This document shows positions 52,177 through 63,909 of a stretch of DNA of 64,000 bases, one piece after another (positions within the stretch are counted from its first letter, which is position 1; the number at the start of each line of letters is the position of its first letter). A program made the translations under genes and the position numbers. Source of the stretch: Octopus sinensis (taxonomy: Eukaryota); contig NC_042999.1 of the NCBI RefSeq assembly GCF_006345805.1, positions 62,930,001 to 62,994,000 of the forward strand, in the 5' to 3' direction. The notes under the pieces are model-generated. The model had not been told where the DNA came from and did no database searches. It was given only the letters and a program-made list of their open reading frames with translations.

Positions 52177-52262
<86 letters not shown>

Positions 52263-52430
52263 CATATATATATGTAGGTATGTAACATATGTATATATGC
52301 ATATATTTAATATATCATTTATGTTTTATATATATATATATTATATATATATATACACATATATATACATATATATATGTAGGTATGTAACATATGTATA
52401 TATGCATATATTTATATATCATTTATATTT

Positions 52431-52468
<38 letters not shown>

Positions 52469-53561
52469 CACACATACATACATACTTACAACAAAGGACT
52501 TCATATTTTCAACATATCAAATTAAATTAGATTTATTGATTAAATGTTAACAGAGTACTGTTTTGAAAAGGAAAAGTTTTCCAATAGAGATAGTTTATGT
52601 TACACAACAGAGATGAAAAATACACCAAGAATTCAAATAGTGTTCAGAATACTATATAAAAACAATATCACTAATAAAAAAAATGTAACAAAATGTAATT
52701 TTGTAGTATTTTCTGAGGGTCATTATGTCAATAATATATACATGCACTGGTTTTATTCCACTTCTTTTATTATTATTAATTAACCAATTAACTAACCAAT
52801 AGTTTGATTAATCTTTCATTCAATCAATCAGTCAGCTAGGTTTGTTAGAGTCCTATTGTCGCCATTTGTAACCTTACCTTGTGGCTATTTGTATTCTGTA
52901 CTCCAAGTTTGCTTTGGATTTGTTTATCAGGCAGATTTGAAGCAGAGCTGGAGTAGAGAGGACATGTCATTGATGGGGTCATGAATGGCAACAAAAGGAC
53001 TCTGACAAATGTGACTGATTGACTGAACGATTAATCAAGCAAGTGATTATTTAAATCGTTAACTGGTTGTCATATAATATTCCTTTCTACTATACATACA
53101 AAGCCTGAAATTTGTGAGGTGGGGGACAGTCAATCATATTGATCCCACTACTTGACTGGTACTTAATTTATCGACCCCTGAAAGGATGAAAGTCAAAGTC
53201 AACCTTGGTGGAATTTGAACACAGAACATACAGGCAGACGAAATGCTACTAAGCATTTTGCCCAGCATGCTAATGATTCTGTCAGCTCACAGCCATTCAT
53301 CCTTTCATGGTCGCTAAATTAAGTACCAGTTGCATACTGGGGTCAATCTAATCGACTGGCAACCCCCCACCAAATTTCAGACCCTGTGCCTAGAGTAGAA
53401 AAGAAACGAATAATAAAAGTGAAACAGAACCAGTGTGTTTAATTACTGACGTAAATACCCTCCTGAGATACAACAAAATGTGTTTCAACATAAGGAGTTC
53501 ATATCAAAAATCTTGCAAACCAAATACAAAAATAAAGTAATTTGGAAAATTCCACATCATC

Positions 53562-53935
53562 ATCATCATCGTTTAACGTCTGCTTTCCATGCTAGCAAGG
53601 GTTGGACGATTTGACTGAGGTATGACGAATGAGATGGCTGCACCAGGCTCCAATCTGATCTGGCAGAGTTTCTACAGCTGGATGCCATTCCTAACGCCAA
53701 CCACTCCAAGAGTGTAGTGGGTGCTTTTACGTACCACTGGCATGAGGGCCAGTCAGGCGGTACTGGCAACAGCCATGTTCAAATTGTGCTTTTTATGTGC
53801 CACCTGCACAGGAGCCAGTCCAGTGGTACTGGCAACGACCTCGTTCGGATGTTTTTTTCACATGCCACCAGCACAAGTACCAGTAAGGCGATGCAGGTAA
53901 CGATCACACTCGAATGGTGCTTTTTACGTGCCACA
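53562..53935 (-). mobile_element. RTE 3' UTR fragment
   Basis: Highly similar to 4579-4930; (cat)n. Confidence 0.8.
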
Positions 53936-54235
53936 GTTTATTTTAATTGAAACATAAGCTTCTATAAGTAATAGCAAGGAGTTTAGAAATACTTTTGAAA
54001 AGTTTACTACCATACAAGAAAACACTGGATAGTTTTGTTTTTTTTAAATTAAAAATTACATTGGAAATCAAGTAAAGGTATTACATTACTAACTGTATGA
54101 CCAGGATGTCAGAGCTTACTTTAGTCATTGAAATATAACCAGACAAGGTACATGAATCTCTTAATCGACCTTCCTACCTGAGAAGTACTGTTCCTACTTC
54201 TTTGTTGCAGATTTTAGACACAGATCCCACAACCA

Positions 54236-54600
54236 TTTACTCATTTACTTGTTTCAGACATTTGACTGTGGCCATGCTGGACACCACCTTTAGTCGAGGA
54301 AATCGACCCCAGGACTTATTCTATCGGTCTCTTTTGCCAAACTGCTAAGTTACTAGGGCATAAACACACCAGCATCAGTTGTCAAGCGATGTTGGGGGGG
54401 GGGGGACAAACACAACACACAAACATACACATATATATATAAATATATACGATGGGCTTCTTTCAGTTTCCGTCTACCAAATCCACTCACAAGGCTTTGG
54501 TTGGCCCGAGGCTATAGTAGAAGACACTTGCCCAAGGTGCCATGTGACTGAACCTGGAACCATGTGGTTCGTAAGCAAGCTACTTACCACACAGCCACAA
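54236..54600 (-). mobile_element. SINE family B
   Basis: Full-length homologue. Confidence 0.85.
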
Positions 54601-54850
54601 AAAAAAAAAACACATTCAACAACACAGTTTAGATACTTAAACAGATGAAAAGGTCATAGGTGTGCTTTATAAGGGTTGACCAGTGGGATGACCCGGTAAG
54701 AGATGATAAGAACTAGTATGGCTAGACAATTTAAGCTGGGTGGGAAGAAAAAAAAAAAAAAAAAGGATTGCAAACTGATGACAAAGACATGAAGGAACAG
54801 GTAGAGGAGAGAGGACAATACAAATCAGTCATAAAAAAGGGGTTTCTCAC

Positions 54851-54947
54851 CAGCCAGGAGACCAACGTAGACGCTGTCTCGGTTTAAATTTTCCACATAT
54901 TCTCCAATATAGTTGTTTACTATCCATGCCGCCAGTCGGTTCAACAT
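54851..54947 (-). CDS. VPS13D: VPS13D-like coding exon 1 (start codon; chorein N-terminus) MLNRLAAWIVNNYIGEYVENLNRDSVYVGLLAG
   Basis: Reverse-strand ATG at 54947, 97 coding nt, donor G|gtgaga. Peptide matches the VPS13 N-terminal motif (human VPS13D begins [33 protein letters not shown]). A pyrimidine tract plus AG at 54956-57 suggests an upstream non-coding exon. Confidence 0.93.
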
Positions 54948-55759
54948 CTTGCGATCTAGATGAGTGACAGAGAAAAATGATTAAACAACAATCAACTTTC
55001 TTGTTAAAAGTTTTTGCATTAAACAAAACAAAAAAAAAACAAATTAAAAACCACAATAGCTATTTTTACATGATTAAATTACAAACTAAGATATTACAGA
55101 TTAAGACAGACTTAAATATAAATTAATAAATAAAAATATAATTAATGCTAGGTTTTCCCAATTCAAATAGACATAAGAATTAATGAAATCTTTTAATTTA
55201 TCTTTTCCAAGTGGTTCCAAATGTCTGTCATTCAAATTTCCTCTACATTTTCAATATTTAATACAATCAAATTAAATTTGGATATTCATGAATATTTATT
55301 AAAAAAAACATACTTCCTAATACTAACTACCATATTTAATGGCATAATAAAAAATGCACAGAGATATTAGATGCACTCCAATTTCAGTAGTATATATTCA
55401 GATAGTTTCAGTGCATTAAGCATGTAATATAGACCTAACTTCACATATAGGACCCAGGGCAATTTTTTGATACATATTTGGGGGGGGGGGGTGCATGTTT
55501 TGTGCTATGAAATACAGTAGTATAACCATTACAGTGGTTGACAAATTTGGGATTACTTAACAGAGTGTTATAAATAAAGGTATTCCCAAGGGAGTACTGG
55601 GTATACTATTAATTCCTTGAAATTTCCTTGGGCTGTTACTTCTTCGAGGTAATGTTATAAATACAGTTAATGTGTGCAGCCAAAGAGGTAGCAGACTGGA
55701 AAAGGATGAAAGTCAGGCAAGTGAGGATATTTATTTTTCCCACATACAAGTTCTTTATA

Positions 55760-56325
55760 GAGCGGTTGTATACTGTCAACTTAACGTGATAGTCCTGTAA
55801 AGGGAATCACACCACCGCTATTTAGCCCTAGGATGCATCGATGCTTCCTGTCGGCTTTGACACATTTCCTGTGATTCGCTTTACGGGACTGTCACGTTAA
55901 GTTGACAGTATACAACCGCTCTATCATTCCACCACCGCTCATATCTCTCTGAGATATTTAGAAATTTAATATTTCTAATTTTGGTGATCCGTGAATAAAC
56001 TTCACTGAAAATATATTTGCGAAGGCTTTACAAGCATCTTCAGCTAGTAGGCCATGCTACTCCAGACTGATGATGAGCAAGACTCAGAAACATGCATGTC
56101 TCTGGATTCAGGCCTAGCTGTTGGGGTTGCTTGTCTCCCCTTCGTAAATATAAGGACACAGGAAATGTGTCAAAGCCGACAGGAAGCGTCAATGCTTCCT
56201 AGGGCTAAATAGCAGTGATGTGATTCCCTTTATGGGACTGTCACATTAAGTTGACAGTATACAACTGCTCTATCGTTCCACCACTGCTCATATCTCTCTG
56301 AGATATTTAGAAATTTAATAATTCT
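55760..56325 (+). mobile_element. Penelope-like / retrozyme-type non-autonomous insertion: inverted 5' piece plus about 1.3 tandem copies of a 349-bp unit containing a hammerhead
   Basis: 12-bp direct repeat aagttctttata at 55748-55759 and 56326-56337. 55757-55873 is the reverse complement of 56157-56273. 55871-55975 is repeated at 56220-56324 (period 349). Confidence 0.8.
56061..56106 (+). ncRNA. Type I minimal hammerhead ribozyme motif (intact core)
   Basis: TCCAGA-CTGATGA-TGAG(caaga)CTCA-GAAA-CATGCATG-TC-TCTGGA: stem I 6 bp, stem II 4 bp, palindromic stem III, GUC triplet ending at 56100. Confidence 0.85.
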
Positions 56326-57084
56326 AAGTTCTTTATAATTTATGAAGAATTTTTTTTTAATATCAGAAACAAACAAAATAAACTTTACCATTAAATGTCT
56401 TTTGTGTGTGTGTGGTGTTAAAGTTTTGATGACTATGCATAGTTATGACAATAACCATCACCAATATTAATTATCTGTCTTACAAACCAACAAGGGAATT
56501 TCCACTCAATCACCCAACTGCTAGAAATAGTAGCAAAAATTCTTTCCATTCTCCCAAAATTCTCTTCAAGAAAACTCACATTAGACAACATAGACCTACA
56601 CACCTCTAAAATAACAGGATGGTTACAATTAGGAAATTCAATCAAGGTTGAACTGAAGCTAAACAACAAAAGCAATCATCCATTTTATGTAACTAAAGCA
56701 CAGTTTTGGAAGTCAATAACGTAAGTAGAAGTTATTATATACAAGGCCAACTCAGTCGACCATACCCCTTACTTTGCCTTTGTGCTAAGATTAGAAATCT
56801 TCATTATTATTAAGCACATCAGACAAAACACTTGGCAGCATTTTTTCTAGTTCTTTATAATCTGAGCTCAAATTCTGCTGAGGTTAACTTTGCCTTTCAT
56901 TCTTTCAGGGTTGATAAAATAAGTACCAATTGAGTACTGGGGTCAATGCAATCGACTAGTCCCCTTCTCTGAAATGTAACAAAGGCCTTGTACCTATAGT
57001 AGAAAGAATTAACTTTTATTATCATCATGGTGAATATTATAATTGGTACAATGCTGGATGGACAAAATACTCGGGAGTGTTATT

Positions 57085-57282
57085 CTTTAACTTGTTTCAG
57101 TCATGTGACTGTGGCCATGCTGGAGCACCGCCTTTAGTCGAGCAAATCGACCCCAGGACTTATTCTTTGTAAGCCTAGTACTTATTCTATTGGTCTCTTT
57201 TGCCGACCCGCTAAGTTACGAGGACATAAACACACCAGCATCAGTTGTCAAGCAACGTTAGGGGGACAAACACTGATACACA

Positions 57283-57323
<41 letters not shown>

Positions 57324-57480
57324 CAGGCTTCTTTCAGTTTCTGTCTAACAAATCCACTCATAAAGCTTTGGTCTGCCCAAGGCTATAGTGGAAGACATGC
57401 CCAAGGTGCCACACAGTGGGACTGAACCTGGAACCATGTGGTTCGTAAGCAAGCTACTTCCCACATAGCCACTCCTACAC
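57085..57480 (-). mobile_element. SINE family B
   Basis: Full-length homologue. Confidence 0.85.
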
Positions 57481-58464
57481 CTTCTTTCTATTTTTGATCC
57501 TGAATTCAAATCCTTTTAGTTTCATCTTTAATTTCTGTCTTTCTAGATTCAAAAGAATAAATACTAGTCTAGTACTGGTTGCAATCCAATTGATTATACT
57601 CTTAGCCAAACAAAATTATGAATTTATGGCAATGTTAGAAATTAGCTGATGTTGCTTAGCTCCAAGTCAATCCTGATTGAGTAGACCTATGATCAAAAGC
57701 ATTTCAAATGGGATCATCCTGTGATTTTTCTTTCCTCTTTTTATATACATTAAGATTATATTGGCCAATGTGTCTCTTTTTTTTAAGAATGGTGGGGTCT
57801 GGGAATGAAAGAATTTGGCCACCATTTCTAATAGGTGAAACAATTATATAGAAATTCCCATGCTGGTTTGTATTGCTTTTTATTAATAGTTTTCAAGATT
57901 CGAATGAGTACATACATATGTACATGTATACATACATACACACCTCTTTTAATCACCATGCAAATTCACATCTTTCAAGTACACTAATTGCCATACAAAG
58001 TTATCTTTAATACTCTTATATCCATCCTAATCTCTGTCAGCACAATTTGAGGTTCTTAAGTTTAGTGTTTTTCAGATTACCATAAACACTTCCACACAAT
58101 ATGCTACTGTTATTCATTTCTGTTTTTAACTGTTCTCTGTTTATATTAACCTAACTTTATTTTAATGCTATAAAACAATTCTAATTCAAGTGTGTATTTT
58201 TTTTCCTCCCCACCCCAGGTGGATTAAATTCTTGAACTGACAGAATAGACAAAAAGTTGTGCAGAAGTCATGTAGCTGATCTTGATAATCTCATGATACT
58301 GTTGCTACATGCAACATTCTATTTGCTTATGTGTTTAGAAAGTAACAGATCAGTTTCATTACTCAAGATTATATTCTGAAACTGAAAGTGGAAGCAGTCT
58401 GCAGATACTCACAGATCTAGGAATCAAAACAACACTGCAAATGCAGCTTCCTAGGAGCTTACTT

Positions 58465-59602
58465 TACAGTATTTTTGCAGTACTAAAACTAAAAAAAAAA
58501 AAACTAGTGTAGAAACACTAGATTTTTTTTCTTCTTTTTAATATATATTATTTCATAACATGTATAATACCTTCTATTTCATAATTAATAATTATCACTG
58601 TAGTTAAGGTTTCAAACTGACAGAATCGTTAGCACACCAGGCAAAGTGTTTAGCAGCATTTTGTCTCCACTGAAGTCAACAATGCCTTTCATCCTTTTGG
58701 GGTCAATAAAATAAGTACCAGTTGAACACTGGGATTGGTGTAGTCAACTTACATCTTGCCCCATATTTAATTTAAGTGTTTAATCAAAATATCTATATTT
58801 ATTGAATGAACCATCGACTGTTGCCCTGGATACTCTTATGTACTATTAATACATCAATTATATTAACAGGAAAAATTTTTTAATCAGTTTGAAAAATTGT
58901 CAAAGTATAATTTCAAAAAGCAATTTCAAAAAAGAACTAATAACTAAATAGAAACCTTAAATTCTATACGCTACAGAAACACCACTACTGGTAACACAAA
59001 TTGGAAAGAGAGGAACTACTTTATCCAAGCATTTTTTACTCATATAAATATATTTTCTTTCTAATATCCACTTAAGGATGATATGGCTAATAGAGTAACA
59101 GCAAACATGCAAAGCAGTGTTTCAATATCTAAATTTTTGAGTGCAAAAAGTAATAATCATAAGAAATACCGACAGAGTAATTGACTACAGCTATATATAT
59201 TTCTTTACTACCCACAAGGGGCTAAACACAGAGGGGAAAAACAAGGACAGACAAACGGATTAAGCCGATTACATCGACCCCAGTGCGTACAGTATTTTTG
59301 CAGTACTAAAACTAAAAAAAAAACTAGTAGATTTTTTTTTCTTCTTTTTAATATATATTATTTCATAACATGTATAATACCTTCTATTTCATAATTAATA
59401 ATTATCACTGTATTTAAGGTGGCAAACTGACAGAATCGTTAGCACACTAGGCAAAGTGTTTAGCAGCATTTTGTCCGTCTTTACACTTGGAGTTCAAATT
59501 CCGCTGAAGTCAACATTGCCTTTCATCCTTTTGGAGTCAATAAAATAAGTACCAGTTGAACACTGGGATTGGTGTAGTCAACTTACACCTTGCCCCATAT
59601 TT
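58465..59602 (+). repeat. Local direct duplication of about 310 bp (58465-58768 and 59288-59602)
   Basis: tacagtatttttgcagtactaaaac..ttgccccatattt present twice, each including part of a family-A-related SINE. Confidence 0.9.
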
Positions 59603-60760
59603 GCTGGCCTTGTGCCAAAATCTGAAACCAATTACTGTCTTACTTTTAATTAAAATTTTATGCTCCATAAGCTAACAAGGAATTTAGCATTATTCATTTA
59701 ACCCACGTCATTTTCTAAATCCTCAGTTTATCACAACTATATAAACTATTTCAGAATTAAGAATTTTTATCCAGATTCTGAATATAAACTATTTCAGAAT
59801 CTGAGCTTATAAATTCATCGATATCATAACATGAAGTATACTGTAAGGAAACTATTCACTCTAAGATAAAATTAAAGAGAAAGAAAATAGTTACATAGGG
59901 GACATAGCAAACATTCAGTAAAAATTATGCCTACATTATCAAATAAAGAAACTAACTAGGGACACTTGTGCAGAACAGACTTTCTACCTAGACATAATAT
60001 TGTTGGCTAGTTTAACATCCTCTCCTAGCCATTTGGTGTCTTTAGTAAGCTAAACTCTGTTGCAAGTATTTGGGGTCCAGTTTGAGGATAACTTCCTCCC
60101 ACAAGTCTCAGAGACCTTGAAATAATTCTAAAGGTGCTACCCATCCTCCTACTTGCTTCAATATGTCGAACCAGGTGTTACAAATAATTTTAAAATAACA
60201 GAACTATACAAAATTGGCAAAAATCTCATTCTTTACCAGACTAGAAAACTACCACAGAATGTCTTAGAAAAGTGTAATTCTGTAATTTGTTTTGTTTGCT
60301 TTTATGACCTTTTGTTTTTAAATGTATGTTTACAGAGCACAGACATGGCCAAATGGTTAAAAAGTTTGTTTTGCAATTATGAGGTCCTAGGTTCAATCTC
60401 TTAGCCCACCACTGCCTAAGGCCAACATCATTTACCAAAGCCTTGAATCAACCCAAGGCTTTTGAATGAAATTGGACTAATAGAAACCGTTTGAAATCCC
60501 ACTGGATGGTCTATACTTGTAAGTGAAAGGGTCAGCCTTGCCTTGTCATACTGACAGTGCAGGAAAATTAATTATCTTTTATCGTTTCAGCCATTAGACT
60601 GTGGCCATGCTGGAGTGCCACATTGAAGGGTTTACTCAATCGCAGTATTTATTTACTTCTTTTTCTAAGCTTGATATTTATTCTATCAGTCTCTTTTTGC
60701 TGAACTGCTAAGCTCATTGCTCGTCAAGTGGTACTGGAGTATAAACAAAACTACAAAGAT

Positions 60761-60795
<35 letters not shown>

Positions 60796-62124
60796 AGATC
60801 CATTTACTGAATACTACCAAACCCACAAAGACAGGCCTATAAAAAACATAAACCCACTACATACATTTATGTTACTGTTGGAAATTGGAAATATAGATTC
60901 AATTCAAAGAATGAAAGAAATTTCTGCTTCCATGGCAATTCTTATTATAGCTATACACTAAACAGTGTTAAATACCAACAGACAACCAGAATAGCAGAAT
61001 ACAATGCAAACACTGAAGTCAATGGATTTTCTTTCCATTATTGAAACTACATATTATTCAAATTACAATGGATTCTGAAGAAACGTTAAAATTCCATGCA
61101 TCACATGGTCTTATTTAGTCATCTTAATTGCGACAAGCACATATTGCCTCCGGTGAAAAGCAATGGTACCAGTTCTAATGATGGAATGCATGTAAAAGCA
61201 TAAATATATCCTTTTCCTCGTTACACATTGATCCAAATTATTTCACTCCGTATATAAACATAGTAGAAAGAATTTGGGGAAACTGCAAGATACAGGCTAT
61301 GCACGGTACCTTAGATTGGTCTTTTTTAAGAGTTATAAGCCTATCTTATTCCTCTGTGTGTACAAGAACAATCCAGTAGAGCCACTGCTATACTAAATTA
61401 AGCTATACTACTCTTGTTTAGACAACTACATGTTTTCTACTAAAAATAAGAAAACAAAAGAAATTGTTAAACAGGCCCAGGCATGTGTGTGTGGCAAGAA
61501 ATTTGCTTCCTAATTACATGGTCCATGGTTCAGTTCCTCTGTGCAGCACCTTGAGCAAGTGTCTTCTACTATAGCATTGGGTCAACCAAGAACCTTGTAT
61601 GTGGATTTCATAGACAGGGACTGAAAGAAGCCTGTAGTACACATACACATCTTTTAAATTTGTTTATGAGAAATGTTTTGAATATGCAAATAAAGCCTCT
61701 GTTCTATTATGCTGATCATGGTCTAATGATTCTGACTGGTAAACCAGTTTTTTGGGGTTGCATCGAGCTGTACCGATATAATGTAGGATAAATAGAATAA
61801 TAATAACAATAATCCTTGGATGGAATTTATAAACATGTAATTGTGGAAATGTGTGTAGTAATGCATTGAATGTTTATAAATTCCATCCAAAGATTATTGT
61901 TATTATGTGTGTTTGTGTGTGTGTGTTGTTTGTCCCCCACTACCACTTGACAACCAATGTTGTTGTGTTTACATCCCCACAATTTGGCAAAAAGAGACCA
62001 GTAGAATAAGAACTAGGCTTGAAAAGAGAAAAAGTAATGGGGTCAATTCAATCGACTAAAATTTCTTCAAGGCAGTGCCCCATCATGGCCGCAGTCTAAT
62101 AACTGAAAAAAGATAAAAGATACA

Positions 62125-62510
62125 TATAGGCACAGGAGTGGCTATGTGGTAAGTAGCTTGCTTACCAACCACATGGTTCCCAGTTCAGTCCCACTGCGTA
62201 GCACCTTGGGCAAGTGTCTTCTACTATAGCCTCGGGCCGACCAAAGCCTTGTGAGTGGATTTGGTAGACGGAAACTGAAAGGAACCCGTCGTATATATGT
62301 ACATGTATATATATATGCGTTTGTCCCCCCAACATCGCTTGACAACCGATGCTGGTGTGTTTACGTCCCCGTAACTTAGCGGTTTAGCAAAAGAAACCGA
62401 TAGAATAAGTACTAGGCTGACAAAGAATAAGTCCTGGGGCTGATTTGCTCAACTAAAGGCGGTGCTCCAGCATGGCCACAGTCAAATGACTGAAACAAGT
62501 AAAAGAGTTA
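62125..62510 (+). mobile_element. SINE family B (young) within a tandem SINE cluster at 61900-62790
   Basis: agatacatataggcacagg duplicated at 62118-62136 and 62510-62528; older copies on both sides. Confidence 0.85.
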
Positions 62511-63876
62511 AGATACATATAGGCACAGGCATGGCTGTGTGGTTAAGAAGCTCACTTTGCAACCATGAGGTTTTGGGTTCAGTCACACTGTACAGCATGT
62601 GCCTCACACAGGGCCAACTAATGCCTTGTGAGTGAATCAGGTTGACTGTGTATTGAAACTCATCATGTATGTGTTTGTGTGTCTGCCCTTGTGAACGTCT
62701 GTCCCACCACTTGACAATAGGTGATGGTTTGTTTACATCTTCATAATTTAATGGTTCAGTAAAAGAAACCAAGAGACCAATAGAAAAAGGACCAAACCCA
62801 TACTTGAAGCATTGTTGCTTGTTTGTGTTCTCTTTTATTCTGATTTCTATTTGTATTATATCTTTTTTTTTTTTTAGTTTTTTTAGTTTACAGTTATAAA
62901 GGATCATCACTGTTATTTAGTTAGTATTCAGAGTCAAAACAAACAAAATATTTTGTTAGTAACCAAAATGTTTCCAAACAAAATAAAGGGTAATAAGTAG
63001 TTAACAAAAGCAAATAAAAAACAGAGTTAGAAAAACAAACAAACAAACAAAAAAATGCAAATAACCAAAGTAAATTAAAATAAAATAAAATGGTAGAAGA
63101 CGCCAAGCAGGAGGAGACGGGAGAAGGGTAGTGGAAAGTGAGAGTATGAGAAGCAGCTAAATAAGTGTAAAGTTTTAACAGAAGATACTCACATATTGAA
63201 AGAATCATTGGGTGCGATTTAGGTTAAACCTGGCACCCAGTAAATACACAGAGATAATAAAAGAGAGAAAGACAGCTTCAAGTGACAAGAATCTCTTCCC
63301 AGAATTGATGTACACCAGCTAGCCAGTAAGGCAGAGATAAATCAGAGATTGTTGACCAACAGCACCACATGGTAGCAGAGTAGCTGGACATTGTACACCT
63401 GTGGAGTTACAATGTGAGGGGAACAAGACATCAACAAGGTGTGGTTACTGTTATAAATATATTTGTAAATATGGTGTACTACGTAAGTTGTTTCAGTGAG
63501 CAATCGTAGTTAATTCATCATTGATGCATTATACACACACACACACATACACATGCATGCATACACAAACTCATATAATACACAGTGGGGGATTAAGAGG
63601 AGAAAAGAAGGAAAGAGGAATAGTGTGTGTATGTAAGTTGGAGGGTGGGGGGAATCCAACAATAAATAACATAATTAACGGAAAATACTCTGAAAATTTT
63701 TTTTAATATTCTGATGAAATATAGACATAAATATTTGTTAGTTGGGTGTGTGGATGCTTAGTATTTGATACAAAAACAACAAAAACATTAAAACAAACAA
63801 ATCACATAGTTCATAAAAGATAAGCCAGTTTTCATAGTGTGTGTGTATGTGTATGCATATATACGCATACATACAT

Positions 63877-63909
<33 letters not shown>

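Larger units (their letters stand above)
51592..52177. repeat. Near-perfect palindrome (arms about 290 bp, 3-nt loop caa at 51882-84), head-to-head hammerhead-bearing units
   Basis: 51592-51881 is the reverse complement of 51885-52177; differences are about 5 single-base indels in homopolymer or TA-run tracts and one 2-base change. Confidence 0.95.
51130..52470. repeat. Compound TA-rich minisatellite (about 115-125-bp unit aataacatatgtatatatgc..gtaggtatgtaac..catttatgtttta(ta)n), 3 units left and 2 partial units right of the palindrome
   Basis: Units start near 51179, 51295 and 51418; partial units near 52262 and 52370. Confidence 0.85.

Noticed and set aside
56433-56675. 80-aa minus-strand ORF upstream of the start exon
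   Set aside because: No VPS13 similarity and no convincing splice sites; composition suggests an old LINE fragment.
58195-58300. Strong plus-strand acceptor-like site (ttttttcctccccaccccag|gtgg)
   Set aside because: All three frames stop within about 30 nt and no partner exons were found; a non-coding exon cannot be supported.
6950-63720. Other CTGATGA/CTGAAGA occurrences (about 2505, 6952, 9679, 29302, 35920, 45632, 63710)
   Set aside because: No stem II plus GAAA plus NUH plus stem I arrangement.
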